Shown piece after piece: positions 24,085 through 37,209 of a DNA stretch of 64,000 bases. Made by a program: the position numbers and the translations under genes. The notes under the pieces were generated by a model that worked only from the letters and a program-made list of their open reading frames with translations, was not told the origin of the DNA and did not search any database. This DNA comes from Isurus oxyrinchus. Its lineage: Eukaryota. The stretch is from assembly GCA_026770705.1 (NCBI GenBank), contig JANJGN010000034.1, positions 3,906,001-3,970,000 of the forward strand, given 5' to 3'. Each line of letters starts with the position of its first letter. Within the stretch, counting starts at the first letter, position 1.

Positions 24085-26487
24085 CAATTGACGATAAACT
24101 TATGAATGCAGCCTTTGAGTTTACTGCTTAGTAATTAAGTAACAATTGTGTGAAAAGTTAATTCCGAGCCTGTTAGCATATGGTGATTAAATGTTAGAAC
24201 TTTATTACATATTCATGAAAACAGAGGAAGCTTAAAGGAAATTTGAAGCTCTAGTTATATCAAAGAATGGGCTTTTCCCATGGGTTGAAGTGTCGTTTTC
24301 CAAATGGCATAATTCATTTATACACAGAAAAGTAGTGATGTCAAAAATAAATGAAATAAGCTGAAATGACATAAATAAACAGAATAATAATAAAGGAGCA
24401 AAGAGGGTTAAGGATTTAAATTTCAGTTACTAGTATTGTAAGGAGAATTGAATAGATACATGAAACAGACACATGTTTACCGTGATATGAGTAGAAGAGG
24501 AAGACCGAGAGTAATTGGATGCATTTCCTATCGTCACGCACCTTATGGAATTCTTCACAGTGGCCGAAGAAATGGTTTATTTTTGGTGTCAGCTGTGGCT
24601 CAGTGAATTGTGTCTCATTTTTATATCACAACGCTTCGGATTAAAGTTCTACTCAAGGACGTGGAGGCAAAAATCAAGGCAAATATCGCATTGTGGTATT
24701 GATTGAGAAATGAACTGTTTCACATAGCTTCATTCAGACGAGATTTTACAAGGAGCGTTCAGCAAATGGCTGGTGGAATTATTTCTATGAGTGAAATAAG
24801 AGTATGCCTCATGTCCTGGTAAACGTTTGTTTCTCAGTGAACATCATAGAAAACATGATGTTATTTAGTTCTCATATCTTTGTATCTGGGAGTTTCTTGA
24901 ACTCATATTGGCTGTTGCATTTCTGAATTAACAGCAGTGATTAACCATTAAAATACACACCAATGCGTTTTAGGAAAGACAGCAAACCAGCACATCTTCA
25001 GAGCCAATTAGGGATCGGCAGCAAATGCTCTCCTTGCTAATGACAACAGTCTGGAGTACCAATTGAGATTTCCAGGAATCTTTGCAGGGAACAACACCTC
25101 TTGAAATACCTCATGAATAAGATCGTCATAATTTGAACATATTCCTCCTTTGCTTTGGTCTTAAGAATCAGTGAAATATTTTCATCTACTTTGAAAATAC
25201 ATTGGAGTTTCAGCCTTGATAAGTGCAATGAAACACTGGAGTGTGACATGAAATAGTACATTGCAATTTTAAAATTAGATTAGCCCCAATAGAGCCACTT
25301 TTGCCGGTGATTACAGAATTATAAGAGTTATCAATGCATCCGGTCTTCCAAACCAAACACCTTTGGCCCAGGTATTGAAATTTTGGCTCGACCACACACA
25401 CTGCATGCATAGGCAATTATCTAAACTGGAAGGCACAATTGGCATTGTGAATGTTGGTGGGCAGGGCATGAAACTAATTGTGTTGAATAAGATGGGTACC
25501 AATTAGAAAATTAATTGGAGGTAATTTTAACTGTACCGGAACAAACAAAACTTTCACATTAACTAGATACTTTTATTTGCATATAATAAGCTCGCTTACT
25601 TGAAGTTCAGATAGTGTTCCATCTTCTGAGTAGGGCCGCGTGATATATTTGAGGCTTCAAAATCCATCTCACTCTTATCAAAAATTATTTATGAGATCAC
25701 AATAAATAATTAAGATTGAAATGTTGCTCACAGTTCACACTAAGCATCAGAGGAACTAACAACCGTCAGCCGAGTTTCGAGTCCACCAGTCACTAAAAGG
25801 GATAATTCAGTGCTTTCACATCGTTTATGTCTCTGGGACAACTTAAATCCTTTTTGGGAAACCCGTCTACTCCTACATTGCGCAGATATTTTGTTGTTGA
25901 ATCCCTCATTCTTCTTCTCCTTAGCTGTAGACTTGGCTATTGAGTGCTATCCTTTGCATTTTCCCTCCAATCCACCCCGGTGGCCCAGAATGTTGCATTT
26001 TAACACTTAACTCGAAGCAAGTCCCGCTTTTCCGTCATGCATGAAGACATGGAACTGTTATCCTGTCCGGCAAATGTTGTTCTGAACGTTATCACCTTTA
26101 TTTTCAATGTATTTCTGGAAAATTTACTCTTCTATGTACAGAATATCCTCCACATTCATATCAACAAGGACACCTTCGCTCCTCCACCTCTAAGCCATCC
26201 CATTTGCAACCATGTCAGCATTGGAATTTGAACCTCCAGCTGCTTATGCACTAAGCTTTCTACATAAGTCCTGTATCCTCGTTCTCGTTCTATCTATATT
26301 TTCAAATGGGGTTGTTCCTTAAAAAAAAAACATTTACTATGCCAAGCTTTTGTTCTCCTGCCCCATCACCTGGATATCTAAGATGATTGTATTGATGATA
26401 TATTATTCCTGTTCATATTGTAAGTTGGCTCAATGGATTGAAATAATGCGCCAGTTGAGACAAACGCTCTTGTCTTTTCATTCTTAC

Positions 26488-26514
26488 CTGAAGACGTAAG
26501 AAGTTTGTCAAGTT
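26488..26514 (-). CDS. 27-nt micro-exon, (E)LDKLLTSS
   Basis: ttcatcttttaag|AACTTGACAAACTTCTTACGTCTTCAG|gtaaga. Confidence 0.65.
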
Positions 26515-27709
26515 CTTAAAAGATGAATACAGTGAGTTCAAATGCATTTGGAATAGAACTGATGAAGAATCACATGTTCACACTGAAGATAGTAAACTGG
26601 ATTGTTGTTAAGCCCGTATTCATGCAAATCTGTTAAGCGTCATAACACATAACAATTACAGTGCTGAAAAAAATATTGGCGTTTATCTTCCCATACATAC
26701 CCTTACATGTTTCATTTATCGGCCGTTCATTATGCCCGCTATGCATTTTTTCATGATTCTTCCATCTAACGTCCCCTTAAATTTGTTTGTCCTGTTCATC
26801 TAACTGTTGGAATAGGAATTCATTGCATAACCAAAGGTGGAGCAATATATTTGATTTGACTTTGAAATCGCACATTTTAAAATTTATCTTAAATCTTGAT
26901 CCCTAGTTGTGAAGCGTGCCATAGGTGAAAAAAATATATAAAGCTGCTTTTTCGCACAATTAATTTACCTCACTGTTGTCCATTGGGAAAGGTAACGAAC
27001 ATTTATTTTAGAGAAGGGATGATCAGTTAAATCGTGAAAACTCTCTCATAGTTCTTTCAAAAAGCATTTTAGCGATCAACACACAGACAACTGAAATTCA
27101 TGAAATTGCTGAAGTTGAAGTAAAACATCGAATATTTGAACAGACATCATTATCAAAATGCGTTGTTTTGTTTACTGCCATTAGCCAGTGTTCTGTTCGT
27201 CATACTCTTGTGTTTGAATGGCAAGATGAAAGAACGAATTACCAACCTGAACATAAGGAAAGCGCAGAGAAGTATGGAGTCAGGACAGAACTGTTGTAGA
27301 TGCCGCCTTACAGTGAGGCATTAAAAAGTGGTCCCATCAAGCTACTCATCGAACTGTAACAGATCTGGTGACACTGAACCGTAACTTTTGAAGCCCCCAG
27401 CGTCGAACTTGGTGGACACACCAAAAATAGGGTGGGGACCCCGTCTTGGAACTTCAAAGTTAAAGGATGGCTGGGCAATTTAACAGATGTTCTAACTTTC
27501 TCTGAGCAACTGGTCAGCTCTGGGAGTCATCCGAAGAATACATTTAGATTGCCAGCATTTGATGTTTCCATATGAGTTAACAATGTGTTTATCAGAAAAA
27601 AAAGTTTGACAAATTGCAGCCTCTTCGAACTTCTAGATAACATTTGCAAAAACGCAGACAACTACACTCATTCCAAGTGTCGCAGCTAACATTCGAGCCC
27701 TGCTGATAG

Positions 27710-28140
27710 AGTCATAGCATTATACAGCACCAAAAGAGGCAGCTCGGCCCGTCGTGGCAATGGCAGCTATCAAGCACGTATGTATTCTAGCACTTATTAG
27801 TTGTCCTGTATGCTGTGGCGTTTCAACTACTCAGCTAAACATTTCTTAACTGCTGTGTGCGTCCCTCCCTCCACCAAGGCGTCAGAAGGTGTGTTCCAGA
27901 TTTCAACCACCCTCTCACTGAAGTTTGTTTTCCCACAAAGCACCCTCCAAACCTGCTTTCCCCAACATTAAATATATGCTACGTTGTTAGTGATACCACC
28001 GCTAAGTGGCAGGGTTTCTTCTTATCTGCCATACCTATGCTCCCCTTTATCTTGTATACTTCTGGCAGGATAGATCTGAGCCTTCTTTGCACTGATGAAA
28101 ACAAGCCTAGTCTATTCAGTCTCCCTTCAAAGCTGAAAAC
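27710..28140 (-). mobile_element. CR1 LINE 3' end
   Basis: tcatag..tacagcac..aagaggc..tcggccc terminus and ttccagatttcaaccaccctc. Confidence 0.7.
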
Positions 28141-29456
28141 AGATCATCACCAATACCTAATCCCCATTACGCTCGACCCCCATCACTGATGTCCGACATC
28201 CTCCACCATATGATCTCCATTCCTGAAACCACCCCCGCCCCAAACACCCCGATATCAGTTGCGCCACGTCTCTCATGTCACAAGCACACAACTGTATCTG
28301 AACCCTCCCCCCCAATTTGCGCCCCTTCACACCAGTACCACAACATAAATATCACTCCGCGTACACTCAATGGCCACTACCGCCACCCCCTCCCCACCTG
28401 GCAGTTGATTATCCTACCATCTACACCGAAAAGATTGCAAACCCTGTTCACTTACCTTAGGCATCTACCTTCTCCCAGACCCCTTAATTTCAAGGGGCCT
28501 TTGAATTTACACCATGTGTTCTGCTGGAAAGCGAAGCTGGGTTTCGCAGAGAGTTGCATTGCTTACATCCCTAACGGCCGAAGTCGGAATGTCGAGCAAG
28601 ACGGGCACGCATGATGTCTCCCTTAAGTAAGTGGGCATGGAATGTCAACCCAATACTGCTAAAAGCTCCGAGAAAATTATGGCTTACTATTTCAAAGAAG
28701 GCCGGGGAGTTATGAAAATTAGCATTCTGCAGATTTATCCCTCAATCAACAGCATGAAAATGTGTCTTCATCACAATTCCGTTTGTGGGAATTCTGTATG
28801 CACAGTGGTTGCTGCATTTAAAAATAAATAATTTGCTGCAATGCAGTTCATCAAGTGGTCATGAAAAAGGTATCCAATTGTATGCCTTTGTTTTGTAAAA
28901 CGCGTTCAACCTGCAACCATCTTAAGAGATGGAAGCAAGAGATTCAGTAAACAGTGAGTAACATTGCGATCTCGATATTTGTGGATGGGTGGGTTAAAAC
29001 CATGGGTGCTAAAGTGTTCCTGATAAGCCTGGGACGAAACGGAAACACTCCTTGCACCACATAACGTATTTTAAAACAGTTGTTTATATTGTAGAACTGA
29101 CAGGTTCTGGCACCATGTCACATGGAGATATCATTTGTTTTAGGTAATCCAAGCCGTAGTTGTAACTTTTATGTTTGGCTCGCCATGGAATTGTGCGAGG
29201 CCGAGTTACATTTGGTTTGAAATGTCTCGGCACTTTTCTTCTGCTTTCTCATTTCCTTTTGTTTAAAGAGGGGCGGCAGTGGGTGAGGCATGTGTGTTTT
29301 GGCATCGACCTTCACAAGTACTCCAAAACCTTCAAAACCAGTGAAGGAGACAGCAGAGCAATGAACATATAACTTAAGCTATCTGCAACAACATCCGCAC
29401 AGGATCGCCAAAGTAACACGGCAATCCCAGCATAAATTGTTGCACTTTATTTTTAC

Positions 29457-29483
29457 CAGCATTCGTGTTGAGTTGTCTGTTTC
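29457..29483 (-). CDS. 27-nt micro-exon, (G/R)NRQLNTNA, linker class
   Basis: ttttgcctttaactgtacag|GAAACAGACAACTCAACACGAATGCTG|gtaaaa. Confidence 0.6.
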
Positions 29484-29831
29484 CTGTACAGTTAAAGGCA
29501 AAAAAATGGTGTTATCACAAAGGCACGGCTCGAATTGTATCCCCTGTGAACTTGGACTGTATCTGTAACTCATTCTGGAATGGTGGGAAAATATTCATTA
29601 TTTTGTTTTAAGCATTATTGAAACCTATTATTTACATCTATGGAGTTGCTAAATGTCCTCGTCAATCAAGAATTAAAGATACACTGTATCTTTAAAATGC
29701 CTTCATGAGGTCCCAAAGCTGTTTTATTTAGGACAATGAAGACAATTTGCATCTTGGTAACAGTCTCAATGCAGAATTGGGACAACGTTAATTGTTGCTT
29801 GGAAAATTATGGGTGAATCAATGAAATAAAT

Positions 29832-29985
29832 AAAAAAACAAAAGCAGTTCGGTCAAAGGGTCATGAGGACTCGAAACGTCAACTCTTTTCATCTCCGCCG
29901 TTGCTGCCAGATCTGCTGAGTTTTTCCAGGTAATTCTGTTTTTGTTTTGGATTTCCAGCATCCGCAGTTTACTTGTTTTTATCTA
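29832..29985 (+). mobile_element. Short Penelope 3' tail with 12-bp TSD
   Basis: Matches pLTR end of the 55.3-kb element; TSD aatgaaataaat at 29820-29831 and 29986-29997. Confidence 0.85.
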
Positions 29986-30804
29986 AATGAAATAAATGTT
30001 TGTTTTCATTGAGAACTACACCATACATTTCTTGCCACATTGCCCTGGCCTTTGTTTATTTCGGCGGAGGTCTGAGTCATACCCACGATGTCTGATGTAC
30101 AGGAACAACCATGAAGCAGTCATCGGAAAGTTGCAGTGACTGATTACTAATTTAATTCCATGTTCTGTCCGGGTGTATTCAAAAGGTTCAGATAAATTGA
30201 AGATTCGCTGTGTTAACATATGCGTACTGCTCCCAATTTTGTGCTATGGAAGAAAGTGCCGGTCCGCAAAAAGTTTGTATCTGTTTTTGCAAAAATAGAA
30301 TAGGAACGCTCATGGTTTGCAGACGCGCTAAATGACAATGTTTAAAGCAAATTCAGCGGTCCCGGCCATCGTCTAATCACAAACTTATCTTTTCACAAAC
30401 AGTGTCATGCCCAGAAAATCAGACACATTTGCATGCATTTGCTCACTCGTTTGCTCCTTCACTGAGGCCTTACTCGCCACCTCATGCACAACGGCACTCA
30501 GTAACTAACTCCTACACCCATTCACTCACATTGTCACTCATTCACTCAAGCACACCCTTTTCATTATTTCGTTCAGTCACAAACAAATAAATATTTCGTC
30601 CTCCCCTCCCTCCTTCCTTCCTTGTCCTCTACTTTCCCACGTTAATTAATTAATTCATTCATTTATTTGTTCATTCATTAATAATTCCAGTATCATCCAT
30701 TCACACATGAAGTCAATAAGGCTTGCAGAAATTTGAATTCTGTTAGGTTGGGGAGATAAATATATCTTCACCGTGCTTTGAGAAGATTGTTTGGCAATGC
30801 TCAC

Positions 30805-30825
30805 TGATGCTTTCCAAGCTGCTTT
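30805..30825 (-). CDS. 21-nt micro-exon, (E)SSLESI
   Basis: ttcttagggtcag|AAAGCAGCTTGGAAAGCATCA|gtgag; acceptor and GCTTGGAAA core shared with 42890-42910. Confidence 0.45.
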
Positions 30826-31219
30826 CTGACCCTAAGAACATATTCATAATGCATTTGAAATGCACTGAATGAAGTAATTGGATTTAGAGGCTTCAATACA
30901 TAACTTTTTTATCTGTATCTATTAAAGTGTTACTAACTGTTTCACAAGACTCTCCTGTGGAGATTTAACGATTACAGGACAAAATCAATCAACATTGGAT
31001 TTGCAAAGTGTTTAGGGGAGAGACAGATTTTCCGAATCATAACTTATGTACGAATATTGCCCTTCATTTGCGCCAGAGAGTGAATATTGATTTAAGTATG
31101 TTATGCTCCCGTCCTGAAGGTGCTTTATGAGACAACCTCTCAAAACGGTCTGCAGTTTTCCTTTATTTACTTAAAGGAAGATGCAAATACCTCCGTAGTG
31201 GTTCAGTGGACGTTTACTA

Positions 31220-31670
31220 GATTGATATCTGAAAAGAGCGGGTGGTCTAATGAGGAAAAGCTGGAGACAGTGGTCGTGTTCTCCCCAGATGAGTGAGGCT
31301 GAGTTGATTGTAGTGGACGGTCTTGAAAAGGTGGTTTTGGATAGGTTGTTTCCAGTTTTGCATAAGTACAGAATCATGAGGCACCCTTTAAATATGAAGG
31401 CTCGCCCCTTTAGTCTGGACTTAATTTTTCCACAGAACGGCATATGCCTTTGGAGTTCTCTGCCTCTGAAGGCGATCGACATAGTACCATTGATTGTTTT
31501 TCTAAAGGCGGAGTTTGTAGATCCTTGCTGGCGAGGGAATGAAAGTTTACGTTAGTAGATGGGAATGTGGAATTCAGTGCACATTCGGATCTGTCATGAA
31601 CTTATTGAATAGTGCAGGAGGCTCGAGAATCCGAATGACTTTTGTCTGCTTATATTTCGTGTGTTCGTTT
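31220..31670 (+). mobile_element. CR1 LINE 3' fragment
   Basis: GLEKVVLDRLFPV..RIMRHPLNMK; LWSSLP. Confidence 0.75.
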
Positions 31671-32605
31671 GTATTGTCATAACCTAGGAGATTCCCCAAC
31701 ACTCAGCAAGAAATTATGTGATGAACCATGTTTATTGTTCAAACAATTAGGCATCTGAAACCTCACCGATGAGATAATGGTCCCACTAAACATATCGTAA
31801 TCAAGACTGCAACCTGGAGACTATTCCAGTAGGAAACAACATTTCAGTGCAACTTTTGCCTCCGTGTGCTTTCCAATGGCTATTGTGGAATAAATTGACT
31901 GGAGACAATAATTTCATGGTTCGGTGTCTTTACCATTCACCCAAACAAATAAAACATGGAAGAAATTCCAAAGAAGTTCATGATGGAGTCTGGAGTGGAG
32001 CAGTGATTTCATATGACTGTTGTGCATTCGACTGACGTATTCAAACAAACCCAGTTCCCCCCACAATGTGATCTTGTCTGGCACTGAGTTTCTCGATTGC
32101 CACTCAACTCGGTGTGCTTCCAATCAGTCTGATATGGTTTGATAAAGTAAATGGGAAAAAACTTTGGGAATCAAATTTCAACAGATGCATGTGGGGCCAG
32201 GGATGACAAGGGTGGTTGGGAACTAATGAGGCATATACATTTTGAGCATAATAATGAAGGAATATTTCACTAATAGTTATATTTTGTAAACTTTAAAAGT
32301 CCAAAGAGATGTGTCCATCCAATAAATTGCTCAGAAAATTCCAAGAATCTGGATAAAAAATAAACACAATGCTAACATAATGCATGCATTCATCGGAATT
32401 AAATAAAACAGAATTCAAGTTATGATGCAAAAAAAAAAAATCCTGCTCAGATCCCACATAGAATACTGTCAGCAGTGAAGTGCACTGCAAAACATATGAA
32501 TCACATATTGACTGTGGAAGGAATATTGCACAATTGCCCTTGAAGACAAAGGGTGCAATTTTGAGCAGTTATTAGCACACTATGTTTTAAAGTCCATGCA
32601 GTGAT

Positions 32606-33691
32606 TTAACTTCTGACGGCCTTATTAAACAAGACTGATCAATCACTCAGGCAAAATGAAGGAAGAAGAGTCATATGCATTAGAATCATTAATTATATTC
32701 CTTTCCCACAGATGGTACTAGGCATTCTCAGTGTTTCCAGGATTTTCTTTGTAACAACTAATTAACGTCATTTTTTCAAATGGCCATGGGAACATAGGGT
32801 TGGTTGATGGAGGTAATAAACATCAGATGGGACGTCAAGGGGCAAGGAGGATAGAGTCGATGTATGAAAGGTACAAGCCTTTCAAAGCTGATGATTGAAA
32901 ATACGTCGTCATACAAATGGCACAGGAAATGTTGGAATTTCTTGCACAGAAGAATTTGGTGCTTTATGGGTCAAGGGATATGGTGCAAAGCGTGCTATAT
33001 GGAGAAAGGTCACACATCAACATTTATTCATTCAAATGGTTAAAGGGGTCTAGAACTTATATCGCCAATTGATGCCCCTGTATTCGTTTGTTCTTCAGGC
33101 CAAATGAAAGCGACTAAGATTACTTGTCTCATAATCCGCCCGAGAAGATTCTTCTTTTCCTCGCTCACTATTGTGGATTTCCCAAGACAGAACATGCCGG
33201 TATCTACCTGAATTAGTGCCAGTTGGTCGTATTCCTGAAAGAAAATAAACAAATAATAATATTACCGAGGGTAAAGTGTGATGGAATATTTGTTTAAGTT
33301 CCCTAAAACATTGAAGGTTACTTGGTGACCTGAAGGAGGTGTATAAGACAATTAAGACAAATGATCATAAAGCTCAAGGAAAAGTATCTTAGGGTGAAGT
33401 AGGGAACAAAAAAAACAAAGCGTTAGCCTGATATTGGCGATTACCAATTAAGTGATGCAGTCAGGATTCATCTTTTTCGCACCAATGGAAATGTTAAAGA
33501 TTCTCTATCAATTACTAGTTACAAAGTGGAGTTTGATAGGTACAATAACAATGTCCCGGAAACACTGAGAAGTTCTAGTAGCATCTGTGGACAGAGAAAT
33601 GGAGTTAACAATTCCAATTCATATGATCCTTCTTCCTGCACTTTACCTCAGCGAAGGATCAGTCTTGTTTAATAAGGCCATCAGAAGTTAA
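32606..33691. repeat. Inverted repeat pair (about 135-bp arms 32606-32741 and 33556-33691)
   Basis: ttaacttctgacggccttattaaacaagactgatc vs gatcagtcttgtttaataaggccatcagaagttaa. Confidence 0.8.
33208..33234 (-). CDS. 27-nt micro-exon, (G)IRPTGTNS, linker class
   Basis: tttattttctttcag|GAATACGACCAACTGGCACTAATTCAG|gtagat. Confidence 0.65.
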
Positions 33692-33781
33692 CGAACCAAT
33701 TGCATATACCGATCATCTGATAGAATAAATTTTTGGCATTAGGCTGGAGAGTCTGAGAACCTACTCTGTTCACTTTTATAC

Positions 33782-33808
33782 CTATCCTGCACCTACGTAG
33801 TTCTGCAG
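33782..33808 (-). CDS. 27-nt micro-exon, (A)AELRRCRI, xxxLxxCxx class
   Basis: cactctctgcag|CTGCAGAACTACGTAGGTGCAGGATAG|gtataa; Leu/Cys in same positions as 20805-20831 and 14254-14280. Confidence 0.65.
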   Translation of the reverse strand: MQNYVGAG

Positions 33809-33957
33809 CTGCAGAGAGTGCAAAATATCTTCGAAATACTAAGGTTATATTTGGAAACAAATCAAATATCATCAAAATTATTTTGCTGACTCCCATCAAA
33901 AATAGGGTACCATGTTTGCTGTTCAGTACAGAACATTAGATCCATAAGTAAACATAC

Positions 33958-33972
33958 CATTGTGATTATAAG
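33958..33972 (-). CDS. Possible 15-nt micro-exon, (x)YNHN
   Basis: gttttttcccag|CTTATAATCACAATG|gtatgt; strong sites, symmetric phase. Confidence 0.35.
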
Positions 33973-34799
33973 CTGGGAAAAAACGTAAATATTAACTACA
34001 GTCATTTCATAGAAATCACTGAAGCTTATATTGCGCATAACCAAGTATTCCAAACAGACACAACACAGAGATAAAACTTTGGGTGGTGGAACAGTTGCAT
34101 TATTCACCTGAATCAGAACTAAATACATTCACGTTCAAACAGAATGGCAATTAAGTCTACCTAGACACACGACTGTACTTCGTTAGCTGCAGTCTACCGT
34201 CCTTCGGATAAAATTTAGGCCGGGTTCTGGGATGGCCTCTCAGGTTGGATAAAAAAGATTCCTTTCTCTATCTTGCTGTGAAATACCTAATTAACTCTGA
34301 GTCTACTCGCCAACATTTCTCCCAACAAAGTTATTGACTTCTGCTTGAAAATATGTAATATTCTCGGATGCTATTCTAGAAGGTCATAAGAAAGACAAAA
34401 AATGGATCAGTGATGAGACTGGATGGAATCGCATGAAATATAGTCTGATTATTTACAGCTTGCCCAATGCAGTCGATTAATCCCAAAATGTCCTCGGATT
34501 TAGTTCAGTTTCCTCCACTTCTGGCTAACTTCATCGTCAGTGTGCAAAGCTGCTGGATAGTGAGAAAGAAAGATTGCTGTACTGAGCAAGCCACACTCTC
34601 ACAAATTCTCAATTTATGGCCCCGTTGTATTATTTTTGTGAAAGGTGCGTGGCTTCATAAGAATCGCTAAACGAAAATAGGGTTTTCAGCTTCGGACAGC
34701 ATATTTGTAATACACTTGAACCAATCTGGAGACACCAGCAGAATAAAATTCATCCGGAGCACGATGTCTATCATGGCCTATGACATTCTGTATTTTATG

Positions 34800-35430
34800 T
34801 TTAGAAGACAAATATGCAACGTGTAAAACATCCTTTAGCCATGAACAGCTCTGGTCAGGTTAGGTTTGAAGCAGTTTGAATAATTCTGGGCATCACAGGA
34901 AAGAGAGGAGAGATTGGCCATGGAGCGAGAGAAGTACGTATTTACAGAACAGAACTTCAACCCCAAGGGTTGGACTGTAAGATGATCTTGTATGAAATGA
35001 GGATCTCTTCTTTCAGTTTCAAAGATTAAGTGGCGATTTTGGATGAGTGTTCCATATACTTCCGAGAACTCCTAGGCTGGATTCCAAGAAACTATTATCG
35101 CTAGTTCAGACAATTAGCATGAATATGACATAGCCAAGGAATTAAAAGAGGAATTCTAAAAAAAAATATTGCTTTATTTAGTAATACCTGGTTTGAAGTT
35201 ATTGATGCGCATTTACAAATATAAATCACTGCTAAATGAATTATTAATTTTATAAGTGCGATTGACAGACATCTTTTAAACAAATATATCAAAAGAAATT
35301 TTTTAAAAAAAGTTTTGCACGCATGAACTAAATTCACAAAACAGGTATGGCCTCATGAAACATCGTAACGAGCTGGAGGGATTAAATATGCTAGAACTGT
35401 TCCAATATGCCCGTTTTCTTATGTTCCCAT
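34800..35430 (+). mobile_element. Highly decayed CR1 3' fragment
   Basis: LVRL.L...E.FWAS pattern and CR1-like tail. Confidence 0.5.
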
Positions 35431-35770
35431 TTCTTTGTCATGATCATCAACGTTATTATGATCGAGCAAATGTTAAGTAACAACAATCCATCGCTCAGTT
35501 TTACACATTTCTCAAATTCCTTGGAACTCTGTGGATCTCTCAGAAAGGCAAAATCTTACTGTGAGGCAGAGCACAATAATTAGCTCAGGTATAACAGCCA
35601 AAATTTCGCTTTCAAGTAGCACATAATCATATACTGTATTTAGTGTTAATGAGACGTTGTGGCTTAGATCTTGCAACGGGGACGGGTTTTCACCAAACAC
35701 TACCTCTCTGAGAAGGAAGTGTAGCTTTTCCCAGGTAATAAATTGTGTCACCTTCTCAAGAAAATCCTAC

Positions 35771-35791
35771 TTCCTCCTTCAGATCTCAGTC
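35771..35791 (-). CDS. Possible 21-nt micro-exon, (G)LRSEGG
   Basis: caataatag|GACTGAGATCTGAAGGAGGAA|gtagg; weak splice sites. Confidence 0.25.
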
Positions 35792-37209
35792 CTATTATTG
35801 TGAATGTGAATCACTGAACACGGTCATTTTTACGTAAAATGGATGAAACTATTGTTAGTAGAAGAGAAAAAGCAAACATCACCAAATACATTGGTGCTGT
35901 ACTGGAATATTACTGAAATGAGACGGCGTCCCCTCTCATTTCAGTAAAATCAACAAAAGTCAATGTGAGAAGCATCATTTATGTACTATTATTTCTGTTC
36001 CTCATAGATCTTGCTTATTTTTCTCTAGCACTGATTATAAAAAAAGTATGAAACACTTCAGCAGTGTTAAGCACGGTGAAATAATTTGTTTGCTAACATT
36101 GGCACATAATGCATTTTTTGGTCCTAATATTTCTACGTCATATTGTTCCCCAAAGCACGGGAACTTCCTCATTGAAAACTTCACAGACATTGGATTGCTG
36201 CTTATTTTCCATTCCACATTGAAAGGTTTCCACCTATTATGGCTTAAACCATTAGCAGTTTGAAAAATGGCTTGGCACTGTTTCGATTCCCTTTTAAGCA
36301 ATGCCAGAAAAAAAAACATCTTACGTATAAGCATGTCATCTTGTTCCCTTTTTTTTAAAAAAAAAGCCTATTTCCGATAATCTCACATATGTTCTCCTAA
36401 ATGCAGCTGGCGGGGGCGGGGAGTGGAGGGTGGGGGTGGGGAGGGGGTGGCGATGCAATATGCAGAGATTTCATCTTAATTCCCATGCAAATTGGAAATA
36501 CTATGAAATTTGTCCATTGTATTCCGGGTGCATTGGGGCACTTTAGTGGTGAAATGGCAAAACGGGGGCGATGGGAGTGGGGTGGGGTTGCTTTCCGAGA
36601 AGGTAGAGGACGGTGGTTGAATTCAGTGCAACGAAACAACGTGTATGTAATTTGTAGACATAGAAGACTCCATTTGAAATTTTACGTATTTGTTGAGATT
36701 GTTGACGATCTGAAATCTGCAACCCGAACCTGCCGAACCAGGCACTAACATATTATTAAAACAAACAAATTTGGCATGTGGTTGTAGAGCTTTAACCGAC
36801 AAAGCCATGAACCGAAAGCAGGATAGTTTCTTCTTTTAGTTTCTTCAGGACATTTTCTCCTTCTTTTGGCATCACTCGAACACTTGCGCTAATGATTTCA
36901 TTCAGAACCATAACATCTGATTTTGTGTTCCATTGAAATGAATGCCAACTGCCTTCAGTTCTGGCTTAGTCAATTTGATCACATCGTGTTTCAAATTTTG
37001 CACCTCTTTTTCTCAAGTTGCTGGGGAATTTTAAAGCTCAGTGTTACATCAGCTGGAATTGCCTTGCTTGAGTGTTTTGTAAAGAGAAGCTTCGTTACTG
37101 GGGTGACTACTTAGATTCTGTAAAATAATGCTGAAATAATACACAGCATGTACATTCAAACAGCATCAACGTGCGATACACATTTGGGCACTCACTCAGT
37201 CCAGCCATT

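Noticed and set aside
28189-28614. 141-aa Pro/His-rich ORF
   Set aside because: Low-complexity C-rich repeat sequence; no splice or domain support
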